DNA of 64,000 nt from a virus (IMGVR_UViG_3300021440_000014:64001-128000); one strand, 5' to 3'. Positions 10,553 through 19,776 are shown, counted from the stretch's first letter. A program made the numbers and translations. Notes: generated from the sequence alone by a model not told the origin.

Positions 10553-10978
10553 TTACACCCTATCCTCTTGGTTTTCAATTCTTTTTTGACTGTCGCCGGG
10601 AAGAACCCTATAGGAGTCCTCATCAAAATGTTGAGTGGAAAATTCAGCAATTATTCCATAATCTTTACTTCCAGTGTCTAAACATTCCAATTGATGCGGG
10701 CATCCAACAGGAATATCTACAACATCTCCATCATAAATTATTTTCTCTTTTTTCTCTGCCGTATCTGTATCTAAATAGTATAATCTAAACTTTCCATTGA
10801 TAACGTAGAATGTCTCAGATTTTAATACATGAAAATGTAAAGAGAATTTTGCTCCCTTTTTGAAATTCAATATTTTACCGCAATAGGATTCATTATTCTC
10901 TATCCAAATTTCGTTACCCCATTCTTTAGGAACAACTTTTCTCGGGAGTCTTACAGAGCATTTTTTATGTATTTCCAT
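10553..10978 (-). CDS. cupin (mannose-6-phosphate isomerase-like)
   Basis: VPKEWG, SLHFH..K.ETFYV, IPVGCPHQL, EFSTQHFDEDSYR. Confidence 0.75.
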   Translation of the reverse strand: MEIHKKCSVRLPRKVVPKEWGNEIWIENNESYCGKILNFKKGAKFSLHFHVLKSETFYVINGKFRLYYLDTDTAEKKEKIIYDGDVVDIPVGCPHQLECLDTGSKDYGIIAEFSTQHFDEDSYRVLPGDSQKRIENQEDRV

Positions 10979-11399
10979 ATTCTATTATTTTCTTTACTTT
11001 TTTAATTTCAATTTTATTTTCTGATATTAATTTCTCAACATACTGTCTTATTTCAGAGTGCGGTATAAAGATTTTCGGCTGATCAACCTCTACTTGAGTT
11101 TTTCTTTTATTATTTAAATTAAAAATACCCAATTCTATACTCCAAACAGTGTCATCTATAGCGTCTTCCTTATTTAAATGTAAAGTATTCTCGAAAAAAT
11201 GTTCTACAGTTTTCCCATTAAAAACAACTATATAATATTCACCCTCTTTATTCTTGGGGTTTTGGTTCGGGAACAACTTGTTCAGTTGGTTTGTTATTAG
11301 CTCCTGCGGCGAATTTCCGCTTGTAGGCAAGGACTTTTCTTCTGTTTCTTTGTTGCCATTTTTTAACTTTTGGGATAATGTCTTGTTTTTTTTCGTCAT
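10965..11399 (-). CDS. hypothetical protein (start uncertain; overlaps upstream ORF)
   Basis: The C-terminal ~95 codons fill an otherwise empty gap. Confidence 0.4.
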   Translation of the reverse strand: MTKKNKTLSQKLKNGNKETEEKSLPTSGNSPQELITNQLNKLFPNQNPKNKEGEYYIVVFNGKTVEHFFENTLHLNKEDAIDDTVWSIELGIFNLNNKRKTQVEVDQPKIFIPHSEIRQYVEKLISENKIEIKKVKKIIEYGNT

Positions 11400-11535
11400 A
11401 TCTTTTTTTGGCTCTTTTGTCGTCGCAGCTTTTGCACGTATATTTAAGACCATCTTTATTTTTACTTTGCTTTCTAAAGTGGTCGTGCGGCAAATCCTGA
11501 TTACAAGTAGTGCATCTTTTAAGTATGCTGCTCAT
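11248..11535 (-). CDS. zinc-finger protein (HNH/endonuclease VII-type N-terminal domain)
   Basis: KRCTTC...F...KDGL...CKSC. Confidence 0.6.
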   Translation of the reverse strand: MSSILKRCTTCNQDLPHDHFRKQSKNKDGLKYTCKSCDDKRAKKRYDEKKQDIIPKVKKWQQRNRRKVLAYKRKFAAGANNKPTEQVVPEPKPQE

Positions 11536-11598
11536 ATTTTATTATATTAAATAAAAGCATCTTTTTAAAAAATAACCTCTTGATTATCAATAGACCTT

Positions 11599-12744
11599 TT
11601 GTATAATAGAAAAATGGATAATCGAAAGAACGTATCAGATAGCATAAACTGGATAGATTATAGGCATTTAAGGCAGGATGTAGAATTCTATTTCCTTAAT
11701 GAATTTGGTCGGATACCTAAAATAGTTCGAGCACTCCACCTATACGATTCTAGAGTAGGAGAGATAGAAGATTTAATTAAAGAGATTAAAAATGAAGAAA
11801 TCATTTTTAGCCATGAAATAGAAGGCAAATTTATATTTAAAAAAAATGAGAAAACTCCAAAACTGGATCGTTCTTATATAATTTTTAATGTAGACGAACG
11901 CAAGATGGCTAAAATAGTATTAGGATCAAATGGTTCAATATCTATATATATGTGCGGCGACTCAGAAAATGTTATAGATGATTTCCTAAAGAAAATAGAG
12001 AAGATTGTCCTGAAGCAAAGCAAAAAGAATAAAGATAGTGAAGAGCAAAAGATTTTTATTGCATGTATGGAATATGGGGAAATGACTTTTAAGGAATTCC
12101 CGCTAAAACAAGTAAAAATAAATCTAGAAACAAATTACGGAAAAAACTTTAAAGAAGTCCATGAAGAAATAATAAACAAACTTTCAAATAATGAAAGCGG
12201 TTTATTTATATTTAGGGGAGATCCCGGCTCAGGAAAAAGCTCTTACATAAAATATCTAACTTCTATTCCGTCAATTTCCGACAGAAATTTTATATTTATA
12301 CCTTCCAGCATGGTGGCTAGTATGGCCGATCCTAGTTTTATAGCATTATTATCTCAGCAAAAGGGAAGAGTCCTAATTATAGAGGATGCGGAAAAGATAA
12401 TTACTTCTCGCGAGGCGAATGTTGGTAACTCGGACTTGGTTTCGACTATTATTAATTTAACTGATGGCATTTTAAGCTCGGCACTAGGTATAAGCGTTAT
12501 CCTTACCTTCAATACAGGAAAGGAAAACATAGATCCCGCCCTACTTAGGAAAGGAAGACTTTTAGTTGACCACGACTTTAGAAAACTCACCAAGGAAGAG
12601 GCGCAGCTAGTAATGGACGACTTAAAAATCGACGCCAAAGCAGAAGACGAAATGACGCTTGCGGAAATATACAATTTAGACAAGAAAGATTATAGAAAAA
12701 ATTTCGCCAAGGAACAGAAAGGGCCAATAGGATTTAAACCATGA
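11599..12744 (+). CDS. AAA+ ATPase
   Basis: GDPGSGKS, IIEDAE, NLTDG, IDPALLRKGRL; start may be a few codons downstream. Confidence 0.85.
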   Translation: MYNRKMDNRKNVSDSINWIDYRHLRQDVEFYFLNEFGRIPKIVRALHLYDSRVGEIEDLIKEIKNEEIIFSHEIEGKFIFKKNEKTPKLDRSYIIFNVDERKMAKIVLGSNGSISIYMCGDSENVIDDFLKKIEKIVLKQSKKNKDSEEQKIFIACMEYGEMTFKEFPLKQVKINLETNYGKNFKEVHEEIINKLSNNESGLFIFRGDPGSGKSSYIKYLTSIPSISDRNFIFIPSSMVASMADPSFIALLSQQKGRVLIIEDAEKIITSREANVGNSDLVSTIINLTDGILSSALGISVILTFNTGKENIDPALLRKGRLLVDHDFRKLTKEEAQLVMDDLKIDAKAEDEMTLAEIYNLDKKDYRKNFAKEQKGPIGFKP

Positions 12745-12986
12745 AAATAAAAACATTAATAAAGAAACTGCAAAAGATGAACCCAGAAATGGAGGTATTA
12801 TGCTCCTCTGATATGGAAGGAAACAATATAGGGCCATTACATGTATTAACTCTAGCCAAATATAGAAAAAACAAAAGAGATGAATTTGATTCTTTTGGAA
12901 GAAATATAGAGTTATTTGATGTAGAGGACAATGAAGAATACGCAAAAGGCGCAAAGGATTGTGTCGTTATGTGGCCCAACATGTAG
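12741..12986 (+). CDS. hypothetical protein
   Basis: ATGA-type overlap with the AAA ATPase gene; LIKKLQ...D.EGN pattern. Confidence 0.6.
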   Translation: MKIKTLIKKLQKMNPEMEVLCSSDMEGNNIGPLHVLTLAKYRKNKRDEFDSFGRNIELFDVEDNEEYAKGAKDCVVMWPNM

Positions 12987-13124
12987 TAAATAAATAATTA
13001 TAGAATATTATTGTTTATTATAAATTATATCTTAAAAAGACCCCCCCCATATAAGGAATATAGGTATTACAAGATAAGTAATATCTGTATTTCTTATTTT
13101 TATATATCTATATTTTTATGTATA

Positions 13125-13336
13125 GATTTTTGAAACTTTAAAGAGAAAAACAAGTAAGGATAGTATACAAAATACAAACAATATATTTATATTTTGTTTT
13201 AAAAATTGATTGGATTTTTGAAACTTTATTGTTTACAAAAAACAGTATGAAATAGGAATAAAGGTATAAAGACAGTAATAGAAAGGTATGTTATAGTGTC
13301 GTTTATAGTGTTGTAGTGTGGATAGATTTTTGAAAC
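13125..13336. repeat. three direct GATTTTTGAAACT repeats in an AT-rich intergenic region
   Basis: Copies at 13125, 13213 and 13325; a fourth 12-mer at 33896. Confidence 0.8.
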
Positions 13337-13459
13337 TATGTTGGTTTAAAATCTCGGGGACGTTTAGAACTACCCCCTCCCCCGAATTTTTCACCCCTTG
13401 TCAAGCAAAAAATTTCATAAAAAGGCGGGGGGACTCCCCCCCCGTTGGCATACTTTCTG

Positions 13460-13702
13460 CTAGGCGATGTCCGCCATGTCTAGGATAGCGTCTTCCCGCA
13501 TTTCCCGTGCCAACCGCTCGGCTTTTTTCTCAAGTTTCTTTTGGTTGTCGCGCACCCATTGGCACGCTTCTTGCTTGTCGCATCCTTCAAAGTCGGCAAC
13601 CGAAAATTGCCAACCGTTCACTTCACACGCGAAAGCCTCTATCTCAATTGCGACTTGCTTATCGTCCGCGCCGATGTTCGTTTCAATGAAGATGTTCAAC
13701 AT
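13460..13702 (-). CDS. hypothetical protein
   Basis: ATG 6 nt after a TTGACG-N16-TAGAGT promoter. Confidence 0.6.
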   Translation of the reverse strand: MLNIFIETNIGADDKQVAIEIEAFACEVNGWQFSVADFEGCDKQEACQWVRDNQKKLEKKAERLAREMREDAILDMADIA

Positions 13703-13905
13703 GGAATGACTCTATCACATAAAATCAATTCGTCAACAAATGAATTTACCTGATTATCAAGCACTTACGTATAATGTGCTAAATTTCGTTTCAAGCGTTC
13801 GGCAATGCCGATCCTTGTCTCATTAGGCAATGCGGGCAAACGTGCCTAGAAACTAAAGGGAGCGGGCAAGGCTAGGCAATGCCTAACCTGCCCACACTCC
13901 ACGAT

Positions 13906-14310
13906 CTACCCTCTGCAAAGGTGGGCGATGTCGCTATTTTCCCAATTAGGCGACGACGGGCGGATCTCCTTAGCTTTAGGAACAAGGGCAACAAGGGAGG
14001 GGATCGCATCCTCCCGCACTAAGGGCAGGATTTGTTTCCAGTAGCGTGGAGCTTTCCTCAAAACGATTTGATTCATCTTAGTAGAGAAGAATCCCTTGCG
14101 CTCAATACGTTGTGCAAATGACGTTAGGATCTCGGCATCGCATCCAGTGAAGCCGATTCCATTAGCGTCGGACGTGATCGCCGCACATTGCTCGCCTAGC
14201 GTTTGATTGCCATACACGATCAAGATCGCCATTTTAGCGAACGCCAGATCGGTGGACAATTTAAGTTTCAAACCCTGTTCGACTTGCTTTTTCGTATATG
14301 CTTTTGCCAT
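13906..14310 (-). CDS. hypothetical phage protein
   Basis: QT.GEQ...NGIGF...DAEILTSFA pattern. Confidence 0.6.
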   Translation of the reverse strand: MAKAYTKKQVEQGLKLKLSTDLAFAKMAILIVYGNQTLGEQCAAITSDANGIGFTGCDAEILTSFAQRIERKGFFSTKMNQIVLRKAPRYWKQILPLVREDAIPSLVALVPKAKEIRPSSPNWENSDIAHLCRG

Positions 14311-14399
14311 AGTCCAGACAATTTATATGCGGAAATAAAATTAGGCAAGAAATTTTTTACGTTTCATGCCTAACTTGTTGATTTACAGGATAATAAAAA

Positions 14400-14816
14400 T
14401 CATCCCCAGCTTAATCCTTCAGACACGAAAACGAGCAAACGCAGGGTTGCCGCGTCCTTTGGATCACGTTGATTGTTAAAATGTTGACGCAAGATTTCAA
14501 CGCATTTCTCAAAGTCATTGCATGATCCGCTCACAGGGTCAAACCCCATACGTTGCAACGTGTTGCAAACTGTCTTGCCCCACCCATTCAAAAGAAAGTT
14601 GTCCAGATTGCCAAGGTTGCCATCGATGTTGCCATAGATAGCGTTATACTCATCCTCACCATAAGGATCGTTAAATTGCGCTTTGATAGCGTTTAGCTTG
14701 TTAGTCGTGCCCATAGGGACGCCCGCAAGGGTTTCGAGGTTGTTGGTTTTGCTAGTAGCAGGATAGAGGCGCGTTCCCATAGTGTTTTGTTTGTTTGTTG
14801 TTTCTATTAACTGCAA
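14400..14816 (-). CDS. hypothetical protein
   Basis: ORF track; likely start at MGTRLYP. Confidence 0.55.
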   Translation of the reverse strand: MQLIETTNKQNTMGTRLYPATSKTNNLETLAGVPMGTTNKLNAIKAQFNDPYGEDEYNAIYGNIDGNLGNLDNFLLNGWGKTVCNTLQRMGFDPVSGSCNDFEKCVEILRQHFNNQRDPKDAATLRLLVFVSEGLSWG

Positions 14817-15102
14817 TCAATTTATCAGATCACAAAAGAAACGCAATCCTTTTCTCTCTTTTTCTCAAAATAAATTTTTATGCCATCTAAATAATTATTC
14901 TTACTTGGCACAATACTAGCGTAGCGTGTCCTCCCCTTTAGGGTGTCCCGTGGTCCCCCACCCTTCGCGTGTTACCGCTAGTCCGGCTATTCGTGTCGCC
15001 GCCACGTATGATTTAATTTTTACTGTCGATAGACTAGCAAGGGAAAAGAAAAAAGGCAAGAGAATTTTTCAATTCAATTGCCTTGAATACCAACGGGTTG
15101 CG

Positions 15103-15336
15103 TTAATTCGCGAATGGGTCGATAGTTATAATGTTTTTATTCGTATCTAATTGCCAAGCACCAAACAAACCCCAATTGATCAATTCTTGACAAAAGCAAG
15201 AAACAAGATCTTGAGCGCAACTGTCGTCTCGAAAAGTTACGATCACTGTCTTGCGGTGAATCAAGTCGATATCCAGACCAACTTTGTAAATTTCGGCCAA
15301 TCGTTTTGTTTGCCAAAGTGCTTCGATTAAGTTCAT
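15103..15336 (-). CDS. hypothetical protein
   Basis: Own TTGACT promoter with ATG immediately downstream. Confidence 0.55.
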   Translation of the reverse strand: MNLIEALWQTKRLAEIYKVGLDIDLIHRKTVIVTFRDDSCAQDLVSCFCQELINWGLFGAWQLDTNKNIITIDPFAN

Positions 15337-15445
15337 GGCAAGACAATACTAGAGGCGAAAAACAAAGTCAAAACTTTTCTCACTTTTTTCTAAAATAAAA
15401 ATTCATGCCAAGCACGAAATAAATCGCACTTGGCACGAAAATTGT

Positions 15446-15853
15446 TTAGCTGTGGAAATAGGAAAAGATCTCAATTTTTCCGCTTTCCATGACATACCAT
15501 GACCAAAAAAGAAAAACTCCAGATCCGCAGTTTATATTCTGCGAACCATTCTTTTGATTGCCCTCAAAAATTTGATCGTAGAATCCAGCCGAGCTAAGTC
15601 CGGCATCGTTCAAAACTTTTGAGATCTTTTCAATGAATTGTTCCGTTGAATCGAAGTAGATCGGGTCGGTAATTTCCGCCAAGCTTTTATTCAAGCGGCG
15701 AACAAGGATCGAAAGCGTGGACACCTGCTGACATTTGATACGCTGAAGAATGCCGTTGCACACTTCCGAAGTTTGAGGCTTTGAATAAATCATATCGGCC
15801 AATGCCGCGCTGATGGTTGAAATCTCTTTTGCGCTCAATTGAATGTTTAACAT
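15446..15853 (-). CDS. hypothetical protein
   Basis: 135-aa ORF with upstream promoter-like sequence. Confidence 0.55.
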   Translation of the reverse strand: MLNIQLSAKEISTISAALADMIYSKPQTSEVCNGILQRIKCQQVSTLSILVRRLNKSLAEITDPIYFDSTEQFIEKISKVLNDAGLSSAGFYDQIFEGNQKNGSQNINCGSGVFLFWSWYVMESGKIEIFSYFHS

Positions 15854-15987
15854 GTGCTCAATTTATCAAGGGCCAATTAAAAAAGCAACGATAGAATTTT
15901 GTAAAAAATCGCATTAAATTAAAAGTTGGCGCGAAAATTGTTTTAAAAAATTGTTGACTTGCGCTCCCTTTGTGTTAATCTTAGCGC

Positions 15988-16049
15988 GTGAACGGGACGC
16001 CGCAGCCACTAAATTCTAAGGGAACCTGATCAAAAACTTTAACGTTATC
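15988..16049 (+). ncRNA. repeated short RNA element, copy 1
   Basis: Starts 6 nt after TTGACT-N16-TAATCT; core CCGCAGCCACTAAATTCTAAGGGAACCTG. Confidence 0.5.
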
Positions 16050-16098
16050 GTAAAAAAGTAAAGGAAAACCCTCTTTCGAGGGAATTCCTGCTTGACTT

Positions 16099-16248
16099 TT
16101 AAGTTGTGACAAGATCCTGTTCGGTGAAAAACTTTTCAGCCTGTTGATCGAGCCACGCCTCGAATTCCGTTGTTTCTTCCGGCGTCATTTTTGCCAGCGT
16201 GGAGATTTCGTCTTGAGCGTCGATAGATTCAAATTGATTGATATTCAT
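16099..16248 (-). CDS. small acidic protein (49 aa)
   Basis: MNINQFESIDAQDEISTLAKMTPEETTEFEAWLDQQAEKFFTEQDLVTT. Confidence 0.5.
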   Translation of the reverse strand: MNINQFESIDAQDEISTLAKMTPEETTEFEAWLDQQAEKFFTEQDLVTT

Positions 16249-16465
16249 TACGGGTAAAATTTAACGTGCCCATAATAGAATAGCAATAAAAATCGTATTT
16301 TATCATAAAATAAATTTTCATGCCATTCTATAAATAAAAATGACTTGGCACAAAGATTGCTATCAAAAATAGTTTCAAAAATAATCAAAAAACTCTTGCG
16401 CTCCTTTTGTGATCTGCTAGGATGTTCTCCGTTAAGCGAAACAACAACAAAGCAAAACAAAAAAA

Positions 16466-16939
16466 ATGAACACTGAAACAAAGCAAATTCTCGCGGAAAT
16501 GGGATTCAACGTTGGTTCTGTCCTGAATGTTCGCCGATCTCCTTTTCTAGGGTTAGAATTGACAATTCGGCCAAATGGAACGGGCACCGTCGTTTTTTGC
16601 AACGGTGGATTGAGCGAGTATCTTTTTCTTGCTCAATATGGCGCGGTGAAACCGCCAGTGAACGACGACGATGAAAGCATTCTTGAGAACATCAAAACCG
16701 TTGCTAATGGCATTCCCTACTTGACGATATCAAAATACAAATTTTTGCAAGTTCTCGAAGCAATGGCATTCAATCGGCTTTGCTTGACTGGCGCGGACAA
16801 AGGCAAAAAAGGAGGTTCGGTAGCTAAGTCTAAACGTCTCGCCGCTCTTTGGTTCAAACGTATCCCAAAGGAGGAAAACGAATTTTACAACGCGAAAGTC
16901 ACGACGGACGCAATGGAATCTGAGCTTATCGCCAGCTAG
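16466..16939 (+). CDS. hypothetical protein
   Basis: 157 aa, followed by a terminator-like hairpin at about 16960-16990. Confidence 0.6.
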   Translation: MNTETKQILAEMGFNVGSVLNVRRSPFLGLELTIRPNGTGTVVFCNGGLSEYLFLAQYGAVKPPVNDDDESILENIKTVANGIPYLTISKYKFLQVLEAMAFNRLCLTGADKGKKGGSVAKSKRLAALWFKRIPKEENEFYNAKVTTDAMESELIAS

Positions 16940-17032
16940 AAACGTGCCAAACCAAAAGGAAAGCCCGAAATAAAAATCGGGCTTTCTTTCCTTTTCTATT
17001 GACTCCGCGCAAAGATTTGATATAGTCATGAC

Positions 17033-17098
17033 GTGAACGGTAAACACTCCGCAGCCACGAAATTCTAAGGGAACGTATCCAAAAGCTTTAACGATAAC
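17033..17098 (+). ncRNA. repeated short RNA element, copy 2
   Basis: Starts 6 nt after TTGACT-N16-TATAGT; same core. Confidence 0.5.
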
Positions 17099-17271
17099 TT
17101 GATAAAGTAGATTTTACAAAAAAAGTATTGACAAACGACTTTTTATTAGTTGTCAAGTCTTTTATGAAAAACAATTACTGTGCCAACCATAGAAAGAATC
17201 GCGCTTGGCATGAAATTTGTTTTTTAGATTTTTATTGCCTATCATCAAATGCCTGCTATTATAGGGACGTA

Positions 17272-18165
17272 ATGAAAAACAACGTCGCTGAAATCATCGC
17301 CGATAAATTTATCGAAGCGATCAAAGCAAGCGGAAAATTGCCTTGGCAAAAACCTTGGCGCGTAATTAGTCCGCGTAATGCCGTCTCTGGTAATGTTTAC
17401 AAAGGGATCAACGTTCTAGCGTTGTCCATGTTTGGAAACGATACCGACTTTGTGACATTCAACCAAGCAAGGGATAACGGCGGATTTGTTAAAAAGGGAA
17501 GCAAGGGAATTCAAATTTGCTATTTCAAATTCATGGACAAAAAAGACGAAAAGGGATCGCCTGTCATTGTTGGCGGTAAAGTTAGCAAATGGCCATTGTT
17601 GCGATATTCGACAGTATTTAATCTTTCGGACATTGAAGGATGCGAAAAGCTCAAGGCAAAAGCATTGGAGCGAAAGAAAGTTATCGAATTCAAACCTATC
17701 GAAGCTTGCGAAAAGCTTGCTGCATTTGCGCCTTGCGCCGTATCGCACAAAGGGAATTCAGCTTTCTATTCGCCTGCCGTTCATGCAATAACAATGCCCG
17801 AAAAAGAGACTTTTAAGAGTGTTTCTCATTATTATTGCACGTTGTTTCATGAAATCGGACATTCAATGGCGCGAGAAGTTGGAACGGATTTGAACGGCCA
17901 ATTTGGGAGCGATCCGTATGCAAAGGAGGAACTTGTGGCCGAATTATTTGCCAACCTTTGCTTGTCGTTTGCTGGTATCGACTCAAGCGATCTTTTCGAT
18001 AACTCCGCAGCATATTTGCAGAACTGGCAAAAGCGGATCACTGACGATGCCACGATCCTTATTTCGGCAGCAAGCAAGGCAAGCAAGCGATTTGAATTGC
18101 TTTTAGAGCGGGCAGGACTCGCCGAAAAACAGGAAAGCGAGGAAAGCGAAACGGCAGCAGCCTAA
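17272..18165 (+). CDS. ardC: ArdC-family antirestriction/ssDNA-binding protein
   Basis: LPWQKPW, YKGIN, TFNQA, VKKGSKG, zincin HEIGH, YAKEELVAE; start moved to 17272. Confidence 0.85.
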   Translation: MKNNVAEIIADKFIEAIKASGKLPWQKPWRVISPRNAVSGNVYKGINVLALSMFGNDTDFVTFNQARDNGGFVKKGSKGIQICYFKFMDKKDEKGSPVIVGGKVSKWPLLRYSTVFNLSDIEGCEKLKAKALERKKVIEFKPIEACEKLAAFAPCAVSHKGNSAFYSPAVHAITMPEKETFKSVSHYYCTLFHEIGHSMAREVGTDLNGQFGSDPYAKEELVAELFANLCLSFAGIDSSDLFDNSAAYLQNWQKRITDDATILISAASKASKRFELLLERAGLAEKQESEESETAAA

Positions 18166-18168
18166 CAA

Positions 18169-18198
18169 AAAGGGGAGGAGAAAACCTCCCCTTTCCCT
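18169..18198 (+). terminator. intrinsic terminator
   Basis: GGGGAGG-AGAAAA-CCTCCCC followed by T-rich tail. Confidence 0.7.
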
Positions 18199-18241
18199 TG
18201 TTTATATTTGACATTTAATAAAAACAACCTAGAATTTTCTC

Positions 18242-18799
18242 ATGCCTAAATACTACCACGGCACAAGCGCGGACAATCTGCAATCTATTCTCGAAAATGG
18301 GTTTGACGGAACGAAGGGGAATCAAATTTGGAACGTATCAGGTGGGGCGAATTACTTCTGGAACCCCTTGGATATTCAAGAAACGGAAGACGTAGACGCC
18401 GAAAGAGCGGAAGAGATGGCAAGGGAATTTGCCTTTGGGGCGGCGGAAACGTCTCTTGCCAAGTCTAAAGATTGTCGGCGTGTCGTCTTTGAAATCGAGG
18501 CACCGGACGATCTTTTCTCGCCTGATAACTCTTGCCCTAACATGCAAGGGGCGGTCGTAAGCGATGAAATCATCGATCCAAGCTATATTTCGCGCTACTG
18601 GATAGATGAGCAAGATCTTTCTTTCTTTCGCGCATATTTCGCCGCTTGTATTCATGACAGGAAATTGGCGAACCCTTTGAATCTTTCAAGCGCAGAATTA
18701 AGTATGATCAAAGCCTTGCAAAAATCCGATGCAATGTGCGAAATCATGGACTCGCTTTCTGATATTACTTGCGAAGCTCTGGAAATTAAATTGAAATAA
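18242..18799 (+). CDS. ADP-ribosyltransferase-fold protein
   Basis: N-terminal YHGTS...I.ENGF motif typical of ART/PARP-like domains. Confidence 0.5.
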   Translation: MPKYYHGTSADNLQSILENGFDGTKGNQIWNVSGGANYFWNPLDIQETEDVDAERAEEMAREFAFGAAETSLAKSKDCRRVVFEIEAPDDLFSPDNSCPNMQGAVVSDEIIDPSYISRYWIDEQDLSFFRAYFAACIHDRKLANPLNLSSAELSMIKALQKSDAMCEIMDSLSDITCEALEIKLK

Positions 18800-18837
18800 A
18801 ACTTGTTATTTAATAAAAATCAAATAGAATTAACTCA

Positions 18838-19200
18838 ATGAAAACATTCAACCTTCCCGCTCCTCAATTTCTTTTCAACTATATTGCGAATCACCTGTTG
18901 ACGCAAAACAAAGTTTCGGCGAATTCTGAGGGAAGATGCCGCTACCGTCAGGGCGATCTTAAATGTGCCGCTGGCGCGATTATTTCCGATGATGTCTACG
19001 ATCCTAAAATGGAGGGGAAAAGAGCAAGATCGCCTAGACTTCATGAGGCTTTTATTTCCAGCCTCGGAAGGGACATTAGCGGAGAGGAAATGAATATAAT
19101 TTCAGATCTGCAAATAATGCACGACACTCAAAAGCCTTGGAATTGGAAAAATGATCTTAAGTATTTGGCGAAAAAATACTCTCTTACCTTTAATCTCTAG
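18838..19200 (+). CDS. hypothetical phage protein
   Basis: HLLTQ...CRYR...CAAG...LQIMHD. Confidence 0.6.
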   Translation: MKTFNLPAPQFLFNYIANHLLTQNKVSANSEGRCRYRQGDLKCAAGAIISDDVYDPKMEGKRARSPRLHEAFISSLGRDISGEEMNIISDLQIMHDTQKPWNWKNDLKYLAKKYSLTFNL

Positions 19201-19459
19201 TTGACTTTTCGCAAAAATAGAGTATTCTATATTTGCGGTTAAACACGAAATGCTCGATTAACAATATATTCGCCATGAATAAAGACCCGCCCGCTTAACC
19301 CAAAAATGGCTCATTATAGATATATGATTAAAAATTAAAGCAAAAAAAATAAATAGTCAACAAGAAAGGATTTTTATGAAGAGTTAACATATTTGCCAGC
19401 CTAAAAAGCTGGCATTTTTTATTTGTTGACATTGAATAAAAATAGTATAGAATTTAACC

Positions 19460-19756
19460 ATGAACACTCAAGAAGCAATTAAGCACCTTGAAAGTCTAGG
19501 GTTCAAGATTTATCCTAAAGGCGACAAGTTCGCGATTTGGTGGCCGAATCAAAAGAATAATGACGAAGATTTTCGCTATACTGCGCGAAAACTTATTGGA
19601 CTGGCAAAGCTAAAATGGAATAATAAATCTAATGGCAATCGCTACCTCAAGAAAAGAATGATGGATTTTCCCTGTAGAAGGGGTCATGGCAGATTCATTA
19701 AAGATGCCACTAAGCGAAAATCTCGGCGCGATGCTAAAAGGATTGACTTGGAATAA
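19460..19756 (+). CDS. hypothetical basic protein
   Basis: Leaderless promoter TTGACA(19426)-N16-TAGAAT. Confidence 0.6.
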   Translation: MNTQEAIKHLESLGFKIYPKGDKFAIWWPNQKNNDEDFRYTARKLIGLAKLKWNNKSNGNRYLKKRMMDFPCRRGHGRFIKDATKRKSRRDAKRIDLE

Positions 19757-19776
19757 AAATAGAGTAGGATTTAGGC

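Larger units (their letters stand above)
13445..17220. promoter_or_regulatory. cluster of sigma54-like -24/-12 motifs, four as TGCCA-N20-TGGCA inverted pairs, plus two IHF consensus sites
   Basis: GG-N10-GC at 13445, 14905, 16345, 16935(-); GG-N10-GT at 15430, 15926, 17171(-), 17205; WATCAANNNNTTR at 13755 and 14371(-). Confidence 0.55.

Noticed and set aside
13755-13785. dif/Xer site
   Set aside because: The XerD arm and 6-bp spacer do not fit; it is better explained as an IHF consensus.
15988-17098. Conserved leaderless micro-peptide from the GTG at +1 of the repeated element
   Set aside because: Copies 1 and 2 read the core in different frames (MNGTPQPLNSKGT versus MNGKHSAATKF), and copies 3 and 4 have no start codon.
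17128-17271. N-terminal extension of ArdC in the ORF track (likewise PhoH 10540-10650 and ORF 51969-52232 beyond 52205)
   Set aside because: The extensions run through promoter, terminator or neighbouring-gene sequence; internal ATGs fit better.
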